Translations under genes and position numbers: made by a program | NCBI GenBank assembly: GCA_963777415.1 | Contig: CAVZQL010000009.1 | Coordinates: 122,457-186,456, forward strand | Length of the DNA stretch: 64,000 nt | Source: an uncultured Acidobacteriota bacterium | GTDB taxonomy: Bacteria > Acidobacteriota > Terriglobia > Terriglobales > Acidobacteriaceae | Direction of reading: 5' to 3' | In this document: in pieces, positions 17,883-26,953 of the stretch | Numbering within the stretch: the first letter of the stretch is position 1 | Layout of the letters: each line of letters begins with the position of its first letter | Notes under the pieces: generated by a model | The model's input: only the letters and a program-made list of their open reading frames with translations | What the model was told of the DNA's origin: nothing | The model's database searches: none

Positions 17883-19349
17883 ATGGCTCAGCGTTTTGTA
17901 CGTCCACTGCTGTGCCTGGTATGCGCGGCGGGTCTGACGGCAAGTGGTATCTGCCAACAGCCCGCCCGCAAACCGGTGTCGGAAGTCCATGCCGGCAACC
18001 GGGTGATTTCACGATTTTCCGCCGGTACGCTGGCGCAGCTCAGTGACTCGCTACAGGAACTGGCTTGTAAGGTCTCCCCTGCTGTCGTTCAGATCGAGGT
18101 CAGCGGCTTCGGAACCGCCGAGGAGACCGGTCGTAGAAACACGGCCGTTCTCGTGCGCCAACATGCGGTTGGCACTGGAGTCGTCATGGACCCGGACGGG
18201 TACATCATGACGAATGCCCATGTCGTCGAAGGCGCGCAGCGGATCCGCGTGATCCTGTCGGTCGCGCAGCCGACTTTCGATGGCGTGCCCGGTGCCGCGA
18301 AGGTGCAAGTGCTGGAGGCAAAAGTCCTCGGACTGCAAAAGGAGACGGACCTCGCGTTGCTGAAGGTTGAAGCCAAGGCTCTGCCTTCGCTGCCCTTCAA
18401 CATCACGCGTGTCCCGCAACCAGGCGAACTTGTCTTCGCCATCGGCAGCCCGGAGGGTCTGCAAAATTCGGTGACGATGGGCGTCGTAAGCTCGGCCTGG
18501 CGGCAGCCTGATCCTGACAACCCGATGATCTACCTGCAAACCGATGCGCCCATTAATCCCGGCAACAGTGGCGGGCCGTTGGTGGACGTCTCCGGCACCG
18601 TCATCGGCATGAATACTTTTATCCTCAGTAACGGCGGCGGAAGTGAAGGGCTCGGCTTTGCGATTCCGGCCCCGGTCGTGGATTTCGTTTACCATAGCCT
18701 GCGCAAGAAGGGCCGTGTGGATCATGTTGAAATCGGAGTCATAGCACAAACGATCACCCCCACATTGGCTCAAGGACTCGCGCTTCCACAGAACTGGGGC
18801 GTAGTGGTCGTCGACCTGGTGCCATACGGACCTGCGGAAGTAGCCGGCATCAAGCGCGACGACGTCATTCTGGCTGTAGACGGCCAGCCCACGCTGGGCC
18901 TTACGGCGTTTGCCACCTTGCTCTACCGGCACGTGCCCGATCAGGTCGTCAAAGTTGATATCCTGCGAGGCAGACAGAAACTGACATTCAACGTTCCCGC
19001 CGTCCTGGTGGGCAACCGGATGGACACATTCGCCGATATCTCAGACCCGGCAAAGAGCCACATTGATCGGCTGGGACTTGTAGGACTCACTTTCGATGAG
19101 GCCCTCCGTTCCGCACTGCCGAATGTTCGTTTCGGCACGGGTGTACTCGTGGTTGGACGGGCACCGGGATTCGATTCGGTCAGCAACGGCCTGCAACCCG
19201 GTGATCTGATTCACTCGCTGAATCGCACGCCAATCGAGTCCGTTGAGCAACTGAGAGCCGCGCTGGCTACGTTGAAACCTGGCGACGCGGTCGTATTGCA
19301 GATCGAGCGCCAGGCACAACTTCAATACCTCGCGTTCGAAATGGAATAA
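17883..19349 (+). CDS. HtrA/DegP-family serine protease with PDZ domains
   Basis: TNAHVVEGA (His), DLALLKV (Asp), GNSGGPLVD (Ser) catalytic motifs and two C-terminal PDZ-like regions. ATG 17883 lies 1 nt after the RND stop. Confidence 0.9.
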   Translation: MAQRFVRPLLCLVCAAGLTASGICQQPARKPVSEVHAGNRVISRFSAGTLAQLSDSLQELACKVSPAVVQIEVSGFGTAEETGRRNTAVLVRQHAVGTGVVMDPDGYIMTNAHVVEGAQRIRVILSVAQPTFDGVPGAAKVQVLEAKVLGLQKETDLALLKVEAKALPSLPFNITRVPQPGELVFAIGSPEGLQNSVTMGVVSSAWRQPDPDNPMIYLQTDAPINPGNSGGPLVDVSGTVIGMNTFILSNGGGSEGLGFAIPAPVVDFVYHSLRKKGRVDHVEIGVIAQTITPTLAQGLALPQNWGVVVVDLVPYGPAEVAGIKRDDVILAVDGQPTLGLTAFATLLYRHVPDQVVKVDILRGRQKLTFNVPAVLVGNRMDTFADISDPAKSHIDRLGLVGLTFDEALRSALPNVRFGTGVLVVGRAPGFDSVSNGLQPGDLIHSLNRTPIESVEQLRAALATLKPGDAVVLQIERQAQLQYLAFEME

Positions 19350-19408
19350 CGCGGCGACCAACTTACACAGAAACGAGATTCATTAGTTCCGAAGTGGAGG
19401 CGACACCA

Positions 19409-20554
19409 ATGGCGGGAGCAAGGCGGATAGCGATCAATACTGGAGGCGGTGATGCGCCCGGCCTGAATGCGGTCATTCATGGTGCGGTTTACGCGGCACG
19501 AGGCCTGGGCTGGCAGATCTTTGGCATTCGCGACGGTTACGACGGATTTCTCGAACCGCAGAACTATCCTGACGGTGGCCTGATCGAACTCAGGCGCTCT
19601 ACCGTGCGTGACATTTCTCAGTTGGGGGGGACGATCCTGGGCACAACCAATCGCGGCAATCCCTTCTGCCGCCCGACCAAACAGCCGGACGGCACCATGA
19701 AGGAAGTGGACCGTTCCGACGAACTGATGGAGTGTTTTCGCAAGAACGATCTTGACGCGCTCATCGCAGTCGGAGGCGACGGCAGCCTCAGCATTGCGCA
19801 CCAACTCCAGAAGAAGGGCTTATGCGTTGTCGGCGTGCCCAAAACCATCGATAACGATCTTGATTCCACGACTCTCACATTCGGTTTCAATACAGCTGTT
19901 TCTTTCGCAACCGATTGTATTGATCGGCTGCATAGCACGGCTCTAGCGCACCATCGACTCATGGTTGTCGAAGTGATGGGGCGTTACGCAGGATGGATCG
20001 CGATGCACGCCGGTCTGGCGGCAAGGGCCGACGCCATCCTTATTCCCGAGATTCCTTATGACATCGAGAAAGTCGCAGCACATCTTGGCCGGAAGCACCG
20101 CGACGGCAAACCATATTCCATCGTGGTTGTCGCTGAAGGAGCTAAACCCATCGGCGGCGATGTAAGTGTCAGAAGCCGTGAGTTAGGCCGAGCCGAACGC
20201 TTGGGCGGCATCGGTGAGACCGTTACAGCACAGCTTCAGGAACTGACCGGCAAGGAGAGCCGCTGCGTCGTTCTGGGACATCTGCTGCGCGGAGGCTCGC
20301 CTACGGCGCTTGATCGCGTACTGGGTCTTACCTTCGGCGCCGGCGCCATCTACGCGCTCGCTAAGGGCATGAACGGAGTGATGGTGGCGCTCAAGCCTCC
20401 TGTTATCGATTTCGTTCCCATCGAGGAGGCCATCGCAAAGCTGAGGCTGGTTCCAATTGACAGCGAGTTTGTTCTCACATCCCGGGCGCTCGACATCTGT
20501 TTGGGAGATACTGATGGCACTCCGGCAGCTCTGGCCAAGCAGATGTCGATATGA
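19409..20554 (+). CDS. pfkA: ATP-dependent 6-phosphofructokinase
   Basis: RIAINTGGGDAPGLNAVI, IAVGGDGSLSIA (GGDGS form typical of ATP-dependent enzymes), GVPKTIDNDL. GGAGG sits 8 nt upstream of ATG 19409. Confidence 0.88.
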   Translation: MAGARRIAINTGGGDAPGLNAVIHGAVYAARGLGWQIFGIRDGYDGFLEPQNYPDGGLIELRRSTVRDISQLGGTILGTTNRGNPFCRPTKQPDGTMKEVDRSDELMECFRKNDLDALIAVGGDGSLSIAHQLQKKGLCVVGVPKTIDNDLDSTTLTFGFNTAVSFATDCIDRLHSTALAHHRLMVVEVMGRYAGWIAMHAGLAARADAILIPEIPYDIEKVAAHLGRKHRDGKPYSIVVVAEGAKPIGGDVSVRSRELGRAERLGGIGETVTAQLQELTGKESRCVVLGHLLRGGSPTALDRVLGLTFGAGAIYALAKGMNGVMVALKPPVIDFVPIEEAIAKLRLVPIDSEFVLTSRALDICLGDTDGTPAALAKQMSI

Positions 20555-21159
20555 ATGATGTCGTTCATTTCCTTACGAGGCACGGTTATTCCATTCTGTT
20601 TGGTGCAGTGTTTGCACGCCAGATAGGCTTGCCGGTACCGGCGAACCTGTTTCTGCTTGCGGCCGGAGCACTAGCAGCCACAGGCAAGCTCGAATTCATC
20701 GCCACTCTCTCGCTGGCTGTGATTGCGTGTTTGATAGCTGATTGGATGTGGTACGAGGCTGGCCGGCAACGGGGCGACAAGGTCCTGCACTTCCTCCACG
20801 GCTTCACACGAGATCCGGACTTGCATGACCGCAGGGCGAAGGCGACGTTTGCCAAATATGGCCCTCCACTGCTCGTTTTTGCTAAGTTCGTCCCTGGACT
20901 GGACGCCGTCGCGCCTCCGCTCGCCGGAACGTCCCAGACCAGCCGCCTGCGTTTTCTGATCTTTGAAATAGTTGGCGCCAGCCTCTGGTCCTGTGCTTAT
21001 GCGGGTCTCGGCTTTGTCTTCAGTCACGACCTGAATCGTGCGGCTGTCTATATAGCCAGAACCGGAAGAACTGTGACAGTTGTTGCGCTGTTAGCGATCT
21101 GCATCCTGGTCGGCCGCAAGCTGGCTCAGTATATGCGCCAGCAGAGGTCTGCTGACTGA
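20551..21159 (+). CDS. DedA-family membrane protein
   Basis: HGYSILFGAVFARQIGLPVPANLFLLAAGALAATG and a later KFVPGLDAVAPPLAG motif typical of DedA/SNARE-associated proteins. 4-nt overlap with pfk. Confidence 0.8.
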   Translation: MNDVVHFLTRHGYSILFGAVFARQIGLPVPANLFLLAAGALAATGKLEFIATLSLAVIACLIADWMWYEAGRQRGDKVLHFLHGFTRDPDLHDRRAKATFAKYGPPLLVFAKFVPGLDAVAPPLAGTSQTSRLRFLIFEIVGASLWSCAYAGLGFVFSHDLNRAAVYIARTGRTVTVVALLAICILVGRKLAQYMRQQRSAD

Positions 21160-21167
21160 AAATTGGC

Positions 21168-22808
21168 TTATCTGAAAAACGGATATGTCAGTAACTGCGC
21201 GAGAATGATCTTCGCAATGGTCGTGAACGGATACACAGCAGCGTAGGCGATGTTAGGTGCGTCGCAGTCTGCTTCGCGAGTGGCGTAAGCGAGACAGGCG
21301 GGCTGAGTCTGGATACCGGAAACCAAGCCCATGAGGGATGCGAACGGAATCTTGAGCACCTTGTAACCCACGATCAACGAGACTTCCGTCACCACGATTG
21401 TAACGACCGCCCCCGCCAGCAGCATCGCCAGTCCGTTCTCGCGAAGCGTTTGCGCGAATGGATACCCGGAGCGGATACCGACACTGGCGAGAAAGAACAC
21501 TAACCCAAGCTGCCGCAGAGTGAGATTGGAGTGCAGCGGCATGATCCACGTGACGCGGCCAGTGTGCTCCAGCTTGCCTAGAATGAGAGCGACCAGCAGT
21601 GGGCCGCCCGCGAATCCAAGATGAATCGTGCCCCCGGGCAGCGGGATCGGCACAAGGCCGACGAGCACACCAAGAACCATGCCGAGGGCAACGGAACCGA
21701 AGTCGGTTTCCGCGGTGCCGCGAATTGAGTCACCGAAGAAGTTCGAGATCGCCGAAAAGTTTTCCCGGCGGGTGAGCACGCGCACGCGGTCGCCGAGTTC
21801 GAGTCGCGTCTCCTGCGTAGGAACACAGTCCACATCGCCGCGGCGCAGGCGGGTGATTGTGGCGCCCAGAGTTTCCTCCAGCTTTAGCTCACGGATGCGC
21901 TTGCCGACAATTGCCGGTCGAGAGACGAAAACACGGCGGAAGTCGAGCTGACGCCGGTCCTCTTCGACGTGGGCCTCCAAGGGGCGGCCAAACATCTCTT
22001 CGGCGCGGCCCATCGCCTCGTCCTGTCCTACGGCAACGACGATATCCCCCTGCTCGAATCGTGTATCGCCGCGCGGGATATCACTCGCTTCCCCGTGCTG
22101 GATGCGGCTGATTACGAATCCGGCCTTGCCTTGCGAACGCAGAACTTCCTCGACTGAGTGCCCGATCACGGCAGGATTGATCACCTCGAAGTTACAGACA
22201 CGGATCTCCGGATTTTCCGCGAGCGGCTTCATTTCCGGTTTCCACCGGCGGCGCAGCACGGCAAACGAGAGTAGTACGCCAATGACGCCCACCGGATAAG
22301 CAATGGTGTAGGCGACCACTGGGTCGGCGGACATCGCGTGAAGCTGCTCGGGAGGCAGTCCAGCGGCGCGACCGCGCACGTTCAAGAGATCGCGCACGGC
22401 AGCCAGCGCTGGCGTGCTAGTCATAGCACCCGCAAAGAGTCCAGCCGCGCGAGAATGGGTCAAGTGCGCCGGGCGCGAGACCAGCATCGTGAGTCCCGCC
22501 CCCAAGACAACCATCATCAGTGCAAAGACACTCTGGCGATAACCTCGCCTTAAAGACTTGAAAAACTCGGGACCGCTCTGTATCCCGATCGTGTAGATGA
22601 AAAGAATCAGCCCCAGCGTGGAAATCACTTCCGGAACCGTGATCGAAGCGCCGAGCGAACCCACGGCCAGTCCAACGAAAAGGACTCCGACAATACCGAA
22701 GCGAAATCCAAAGAAAGAAATCTCGCCTAACAGATATCCCAGCCCAATCACGACGAAGAGCGTGAGGATCGGATTTTCCGCTAGCGCCGTGACAATAAAG
22801 CTGTGCAT
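21168..22808 (-). CDS. YidE/YbjL-type (AAE family) transporter with two internal RCK_C/TrkA-C domains
   Basis: N-terminus MHSFIVTALAENPILTLFVVIGLGYLLGEISFFGFRFG. Duplicated membrane halves flank two soluble TrkA-C-like segments. Confidence 0.8.
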   Translation of the reverse strand: MHSFIVTALAENPILTLFVVIGLGYLLGEISFFGFRFGIVGVLFVGLAVGSLGASITVPEVISTLGLILFIYTIGIQSGPEFFKSLRRGYRQSVFALMMVVLGAGLTMLVSRPAHLTHSRAAGLFAGAMTSTPALAAVRDLLNVRGRAAGLPPEQLHAMSADPVVAYTIAYPVGVIGVLLSFAVLRRRWKPEMKPLAENPEIRVCNFEVINPAVIGHSVEEVLRSQGKAGFVISRIQHGEASDIPRGDTRFEQGDIVVAVGQDEAMGRAEEMFGRPLEAHVEEDRRQLDFRRVFVSRPAIVGKRIRELKLEETLGATITRLRRGDVDCVPTQETRLELGDRVRVLTRRENFSAISNFFGDSIRGTAETDFGSVALGMVLGVLVGLVPIPLPGGTIHLGFAGGPLLVALILGKLEHTGRVTWIMPLHSNLTLRQLGLVFFLASVGIRSGYPFAQTLRENGLAMLLAGAVVTIVVTEVSLIVGYKVLKIPFASLMGLVSGIQTQPACLAYATREADCDAPNIAYAAVYPFTTIAKIILAQLLTYPFFR

Positions 22809-22870
22809 CGTCGATGAACCCTCACTTCTTCGGTTGAGGCGGGTTATTCTTGAAAAGCTTCGGCATCATT

Positions 22871-22884
22871 TTTTGCGCGCAAAA
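22871..22884. repeat. 14-bp perfect palindrome TTTTGCGCGCAAAA
   Basis: Read directly. Lies between the glgP stop (22894) and the YidE-type transporter start (22808). Confidence 0.6.
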
Positions 22885-22893
22885 TTAACTTTG

Positions 22894-25395
22894 CTAAGGT
22901 ACCGGGCATGGCTTCACACCCCATATTTCCGTTGCGTACTCGGCGATGGTGCGATCGCTGGAGAACCTTCCGGAGCCGGCCACGTTCAAAATCGCCTTGC
23001 GCGCCCACTCGTTGGGGTCGGCGTACAACGCGCGCAGCTGATCGTCTGCCTCGAGGTACGAGGTCAGGTCGGCAAGATGCATGTAGTGATCGTGGGCCAG
23101 CAAGATGTCGGCAAAGGGTGCGAAGAGGCCCGGTTCATTGCGGCTGAAGTAGTCTGAGAATATTAGGTCCAACGCCTTGCGGGTTTCGGGTTCGTTCTCG
23201 TAGTGCCAGCGCGGGTTGTACCAACTGCGACTCTCGGCCACCTGTTGTGCTGTGAGACCAAAGAGGAAGAAATTCTCCTCGCCGGCTTCCGCAGCCATCT
23301 CGATCGTCGCGCCATCGCGCGTGCCGATCGTCAGGGCACCGTTCATCATGAACTTCATATTGCTTGTGCCGCTGGCTTCGTAGCCTGCAGTCGAAATCTG
23401 GTTGGAAACGTCGCTGGCCGGAATCAAGTGTTCCGCAACCGAGACGCAGTACTCGGGCAGAAAGACGACTTTAAGCCGTCTACGTGCAACGGGATCACCG
23501 TCGATGGTGCCCGCAAGATTGTTGATGAACTTGATGATCAGTTTGGCCAGCCGGTACGCAGGGGCCGCTTTACCGGCGAAGAAGAAAACCCTGGGAGGCA
23601 TGTCCATTGAAGGGTTTTCTCGTAGGCGGTTGTAAAGCACCACTACTCTGAGTGCATTCAGGAGTTGGCGTTTGTACTCGTGGATGCGTTTCACCTGGCA
23701 ATCGAAAATCGCATCCGGATCGAGAATATGGCCGGTTGACCATCTGTACCATTCGCAAAAGTTGCGTTTGCCGTTGCGCTTGGCCGTTCGAAAGCCATCG
23801 CGGAAACTACTGTCTTCTGTGAATGCCTTCAGCTTCTCCAGTTCCCCCAGGTCACTGATCCAGCCTTCTCCGATCGCATCCGTAATCAATTCGGAGAGGT
23901 CAGGGTTGCATAGTCGCAACCAGCGGCGAGGCGTCACTCCGTTAGTCTTGTTGTTGAAACGTTCAGGAAAGATATCCGCCAGATCGTTGAGTGTCGTCTC
24001 GCGCAACAGGTTAGAGTGGATCGCGGCCACTCCGTTCGTGCTATGGGAACCTACCACCGCCAGATTGGCCATCCGAACTTTCTTGCCGCACGGTGCTTCT
24101 TCGATCAGGCTCACGCGTTGAACGCGACCATCATCGCCGGGAAACTGCCGGCGAACATCTCCCAGAAAACGGCGATTGATCTCGTGAATGATCTCAAGCT
24201 GTCTCGGCAGCATGTCTCTAAACCAGTCCACCGGCCACTTTTCGAGCGCTTCGGGCAGCAAGGTGTGGTTCGTGTATGCCAGCGTCTTCTGTGTGATCTC
24301 CCAGGCATTGTCCCAACCAAGGCGCACCTGATCGACAAGGATTCGCATCAGCTCCGGGACTGCAAGAGCCGGGTGCGTATCGTTCATCTGCATCGCAGCT
24401 TTGTCCGGGAACGAGCGCCAGTCTCGGTTGCTGCATTGGAAGCGGCGCACCGCATCTGCGAGCGAGCAGGCGACCAGAAAGTGCTCCTGCAATAGGCGTA
24501 GGCCTTGGCCCTGGATTCTTGAGTCGTCTGGATAAAGGACGCGGGTCAGTGTTTCAGCCGAGAGGTTCTGAGCGAATGCTTCTATGAAATCTCCGTGCGA
24601 GAACTCTTCAAAGCTGAAAAAGTCCGGCGCACTTGCGGCCCAGAGACGGAGCGTGTTGATCGTCTTCCCACCGTACCCAATCACAGGGCGGTCGTACGGA
24701 ATTCCGATCAGAGTGGATGGTCGCCCGGGCACTGGGCGCAGACTGCCTCCGCTCAGTTCGAACGAGCAACCTAGTCTAATTTCTACTTTCTCGTTCGGAC
24801 GAGCGATCTCCCACGGGTCGGGAGAACGCAGCCAATTATCCGGCGCCTCCTGTTGCCATCCGTTCTCGATCGATTGCCTGAAAATGCCGTACTCGTATCG
24901 CAGTCCGTAGCCCATGGCCGGAAGCTGCATCGTCGCGGCGGATTCCATAAAGCACGCTGCCAAGCGTCCCAGCCCACCATTGCCTAGTCCAGCGTCGGGC
25001 TCCTGTTCCAGAATCTCCACCAGGTCGAGTCCCTTGTCCTCGAGGACCTGGGTCGCGAGCGGAGAGAGGAGAAGATTCATGACGTTGTTTGAGAGCGAGC
25101 GTCCAATGAGGAACTCCATCGAGAGGTAATACAGCCGCTTAGGATTGCTCTGCTGGTAGGTCTTTTCCGTTAAGAGCCATCGCTGTGACAGAATGTCACG
25201 CACGGAACGCGCGAGGGCCTCGAAGCGGTCGCGCGCGGTCGCGGCTGCCACATCGACGCCATTGTCAAACAGCAGGTGTCGCTCATACAGGGCGTCGCTT
25301 CTCCCGGCAAAGTGCACAGGGCCGCATCCATAACGTGTATCGAGTAGCTCGGCAGCACCCGACAACTCCTTCTTCGTTTCAGCCTTGATCGACAT
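22894..25395 (-). CDS. glgP: glycogen/alpha-glucan phosphorylase
   Basis: 833 aa; PLP-site motif EASGTSNMKFMMNGALTIGTRDGA and conserved GLGNGGLGRLAACF. Confidence 0.95.
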   Translation of the reverse strand: MSIKAETKKELSGAAELLDTRYGCGPVHFAGRSDALYERHLLFDNGVDVAAATARDRFEALARSVRDILSQRWLLTEKTYQQSNPKRLYYLSMEFLIGRSLSNNVMNLLLSPLATQVLEDKGLDLVEILEQEPDAGLGNGGLGRLAACFMESAATMQLPAMGYGLRYEYGIFRQSIENGWQQEAPDNWLRSPDPWEIARPNEKVEIRLGCSFELSGGSLRPVPGRPSTLIGIPYDRPVIGYGGKTINTLRLWAASAPDFFSFEEFSHGDFIEAFAQNLSAETLTRVLYPDDSRIQGQGLRLLQEHFLVACSLADAVRRFQCSNRDWRSFPDKAAMQMNDTHPALAVPELMRILVDQVRLGWDNAWEITQKTLAYTNHTLLPEALEKWPVDWFRDMLPRQLEIIHEINRRFLGDVRRQFPGDDGRVQRVSLIEEAPCGKKVRMANLAVVGSHSTNGVAAIHSNLLRETTLNDLADIFPERFNNKTNGVTPRRWLRLCNPDLSELITDAIGEGWISDLGELEKLKAFTEDSSFRDGFRTAKRNGKRNFCEWYRWSTGHILDPDAIFDCQVKRIHEYKRQLLNALRVVVLYNRLRENPSMDMPPRVFFFAGKAAPAYRLAKLIIKFINNLAGTIDGDPVARRRLKVVFLPEYCVSVAEHLIPASDVSNQISTAGYEASGTSNMKFMMNGALTIGTRDGATIEMAAEAGEENFFLFGLTAQQVAESRSWYNPRWHYENEPETRKALDLIFSDYFSRNEPGLFAPFADILLAHDHYMHLADLTSYLEADDQLRALYADPNEWARKAILNVAGSGRFSSDRTIAEYATEIWGVKPCPVP

Positions 25396-25465
25396 TTCAA
25401 ATCCCTTCCAAGGGAGCCTTCACTAACAACGCTCCTAATCGGTTGATCACATCGGGGACACATAA

Positions 25466-25481
25466 TGCAGGTGATGTGCCA
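25466..25481 (-). promoter_or_regulatory. sigma-54-type promoter of glgP
   Basis: The minus strand reads TGGCACATCACCTGCA. Palindrome CTGCCG-CAATGC-GGGCGG is centred 92 bp upstream. Confidence 0.7.
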
Positions 25482-25562
25482 ACCCCGAATTGAGAGGAAG
25501 TGCCGGAAACAATGGGCCTTACACTGCGGACCCGCAACGGAGCGATTGCGCAATAGCGGCAG

Positions 25563-25580
25563 CTGCCGCAATGCGGGCGG
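25563..25580. promoter_or_regulatory. putative enhancer (UAS) palindrome
   Basis: CTGCCG-CAATGC-GGGCGG (10/12), 92 bp upstream of the glgP GG. The first 11 nt are identical to the site at 52198. Confidence 0.5.
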
Positions 25581-25675
25581 GCACTCCTCAGATGCCTGAA
25601 TGTGGGCAACCGAAGAAGGGCCGGGAGCGCAGAGGCGGCGGTGATTTGGTGTGTTTTATGGGCACTTTCAGCTGA

Positions 25676-25693
25676 GGCAATCGAACGATTGCC
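25676..25693. promoter_or_regulatory. perfect inverted repeat GGCAATCG-AA-CGATTGCC upstream of the STAS/Mla operon
   Basis: Read directly. 8+2+8 palindrome with the opposite half-site order (GGCA...TGCC) to the common motif. Confidence 0.4.
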
Positions 25694-25766
25694 TACATAC
25701 GGGCACTAAACAAGCGCGCACGATCATTGGTTCTCCTTAACGGCGCCTTTTCAATCACTTGGAAGT

Positions 25767-25782
25767 TGGTATCCGAACTGCA
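25767..25782 (+). promoter_or_regulatory. weak sigma-54-like site before the STAS/Mla operon
   Basis: TGGTATCCGAACTGCA. It would leave only a ~7-nt leader before ATG 25800, so it is doubtful. A different palindrome (25676-25693) lies 84 bp upstream. Confidence 0.25.
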
Positions 25783-25799
25783 CTCATGGGTAAAGAAAC

Positions 25800-26150
25800 A
25801 TGAACCCCAACGAGCTTCAAATCGCGGTGACGCAAGGCGACAAAGCTATGGTTCTGTCCTTATCGGGGCGGGTCAGTGTGGATTCGTCACCGATTTTACG
25901 GGAGCAGCTGTTGCGTGTGTTGCGGTCGGAAACAGCAACGGCGGTCACCGTTGATTTGACCGGGAGCCGGTCTGTTGATTGCTCCGGTATCGCAACCCTG
26001 GTCGAAGCGCTCAAGATCGCGCGAAAACGCAATGTCGCTCTGCAACTCACCGGACTGCAGGGCCGGCTCAAGAAGTTGTTCGAAGTCACTGGGGTGTTGT
26101 GCCTGTTCGAAGAAAACTCGCAAGCAAAACCATCGACGGAGGCCTCTTGA
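25800..26150 (+). CDS. STAS-domain protein (MlaB-like / anti-sigma antagonist fold)
   Basis: VDLTGSRSVDCSGIATLVEALKIARKRNVALQLTGLQGRLKKLFEVTGV. ATGA overlap with the MlaE gene. Confidence 0.8.
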   Translation: MNPNELQIAVTQGDKAMVLSLSGRVSVDSSPILREQLLRVLRSETATAVTVDLTGSRSVDCSGIATLVEALKIARKRNVALQLTGLQGRLKKLFEVTGVLCLFEENSQAKPSTEAS

Positions 26151-26953
26151 TGGCAACTCACCTCGAACGCGTTGGCAGGACAACGCTCGACCGGCTCGAG
26201 TACGTTGGGAGCCTCAATATTCAGCTGTGGAACACGCTGCGGTCGATGACCAGGGCTCTGCCGTTTGTGGGAAATCGGTACAGGTGGAAGACCGCGCTTC
26301 ACCAAATGCTTCAGATCGGCGTGGATGCGCTGCCGATGGTGGCGCTGATGGCAATCTCCACCGGCTTCATTCTCGCAATGCAGGGAGCAGCCGAGCTGCG
26401 CCGGTTCGGCGCTATTCACTACGTCATCGATCTCGTTGCCGTCGGCTTCACGCGTGAAATCGGCCCACTGCTTACGGCCATTGCCGTCAGCGGTCGCTCA
26501 GGATCAGCCTTCGCTGCTGAAATTGGAACAATGAAGGTCACCGAGGAAGTTGATGCGCTTCGGGTGATGGCTTTCGATCCAGTTGAGTTCGTACTCGCGC
26601 CCAAATTTCTGGCCGCGCTAGTCGCTGTGCCGTGCCTCAGTATCCTCTGCGGCTTATTTGGCATCGTCGCTGGTGGAGTGTTCATGTTCTTCAGCACGCA
26701 TCTCAGCTTTCCCCTGTACATGCGATACGTGCTTACTTCCATCCAGTTGCGTGATGTCGTCAGCGGAATGATCAAGAGCCTCGCGTTTGCAACGATCATA
26801 GCCCAGGTGGGCGGACTGGAAGGATTTCGCGTCCGCGGAGGTCCCGATGCCGTCGGGCGCTCAACAACCGCGGCAGTCGTGAAAGCCACGTTCCTCGTCA
26901 TCATCGCGGACGCCGTCTTCACCGCAATCTTCTATTTCATGGGGACACTCTGA
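26150..26953 (+). CDS. mlaE: MlaE-family ABC transporter permease
   Basis: Internal start MATHLERVGRTTLDRLEYVG of track ORF 25979-26953. Conserved GVDALPMVALMAISTGFILAMQ and EIGTMKVTEEVDAL. Confidence 0.88.
   Translation: MATHLERVGRTTLDRLEYVGSLNIQLWNTLRSMTRALPFVGNRYRWKTALHQMLQIGVDALPMVALMAISTGFILAMQGAAELRRFGAIHYVIDLVAVGFTREIGPLLTAIAVSGRSGSAFAAEIGTMKVTEEVDALRVMAFDPVEFVLAPKFLAALVAVPCLSILCGLFGIVAGGVFMFFSTHLSFPLYMRYVLTSIQLRDVVSGMIKSLAFATIIAQVGGLEGFRVRGGPDAVGRSTTAAVVKATFLVIIADAVFTAIFYFMGTL

Noticed and set aside
16637-17884. 415-aa ORF antisense to the RND permease gene. Similar long antisense or out-of-frame ORFs occur at 14087-15058, 18051-18932, 27869-28795, 36358-37107, 44329-45060, 48139-48837 and 54956-55939.
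   Set aside because: They lie entirely within strongly supported genes on the other strand or frame and have R/H/G/S-rich low-complexity compositions typical of shadow ORFs in high-GC DNA. No motifs seen.
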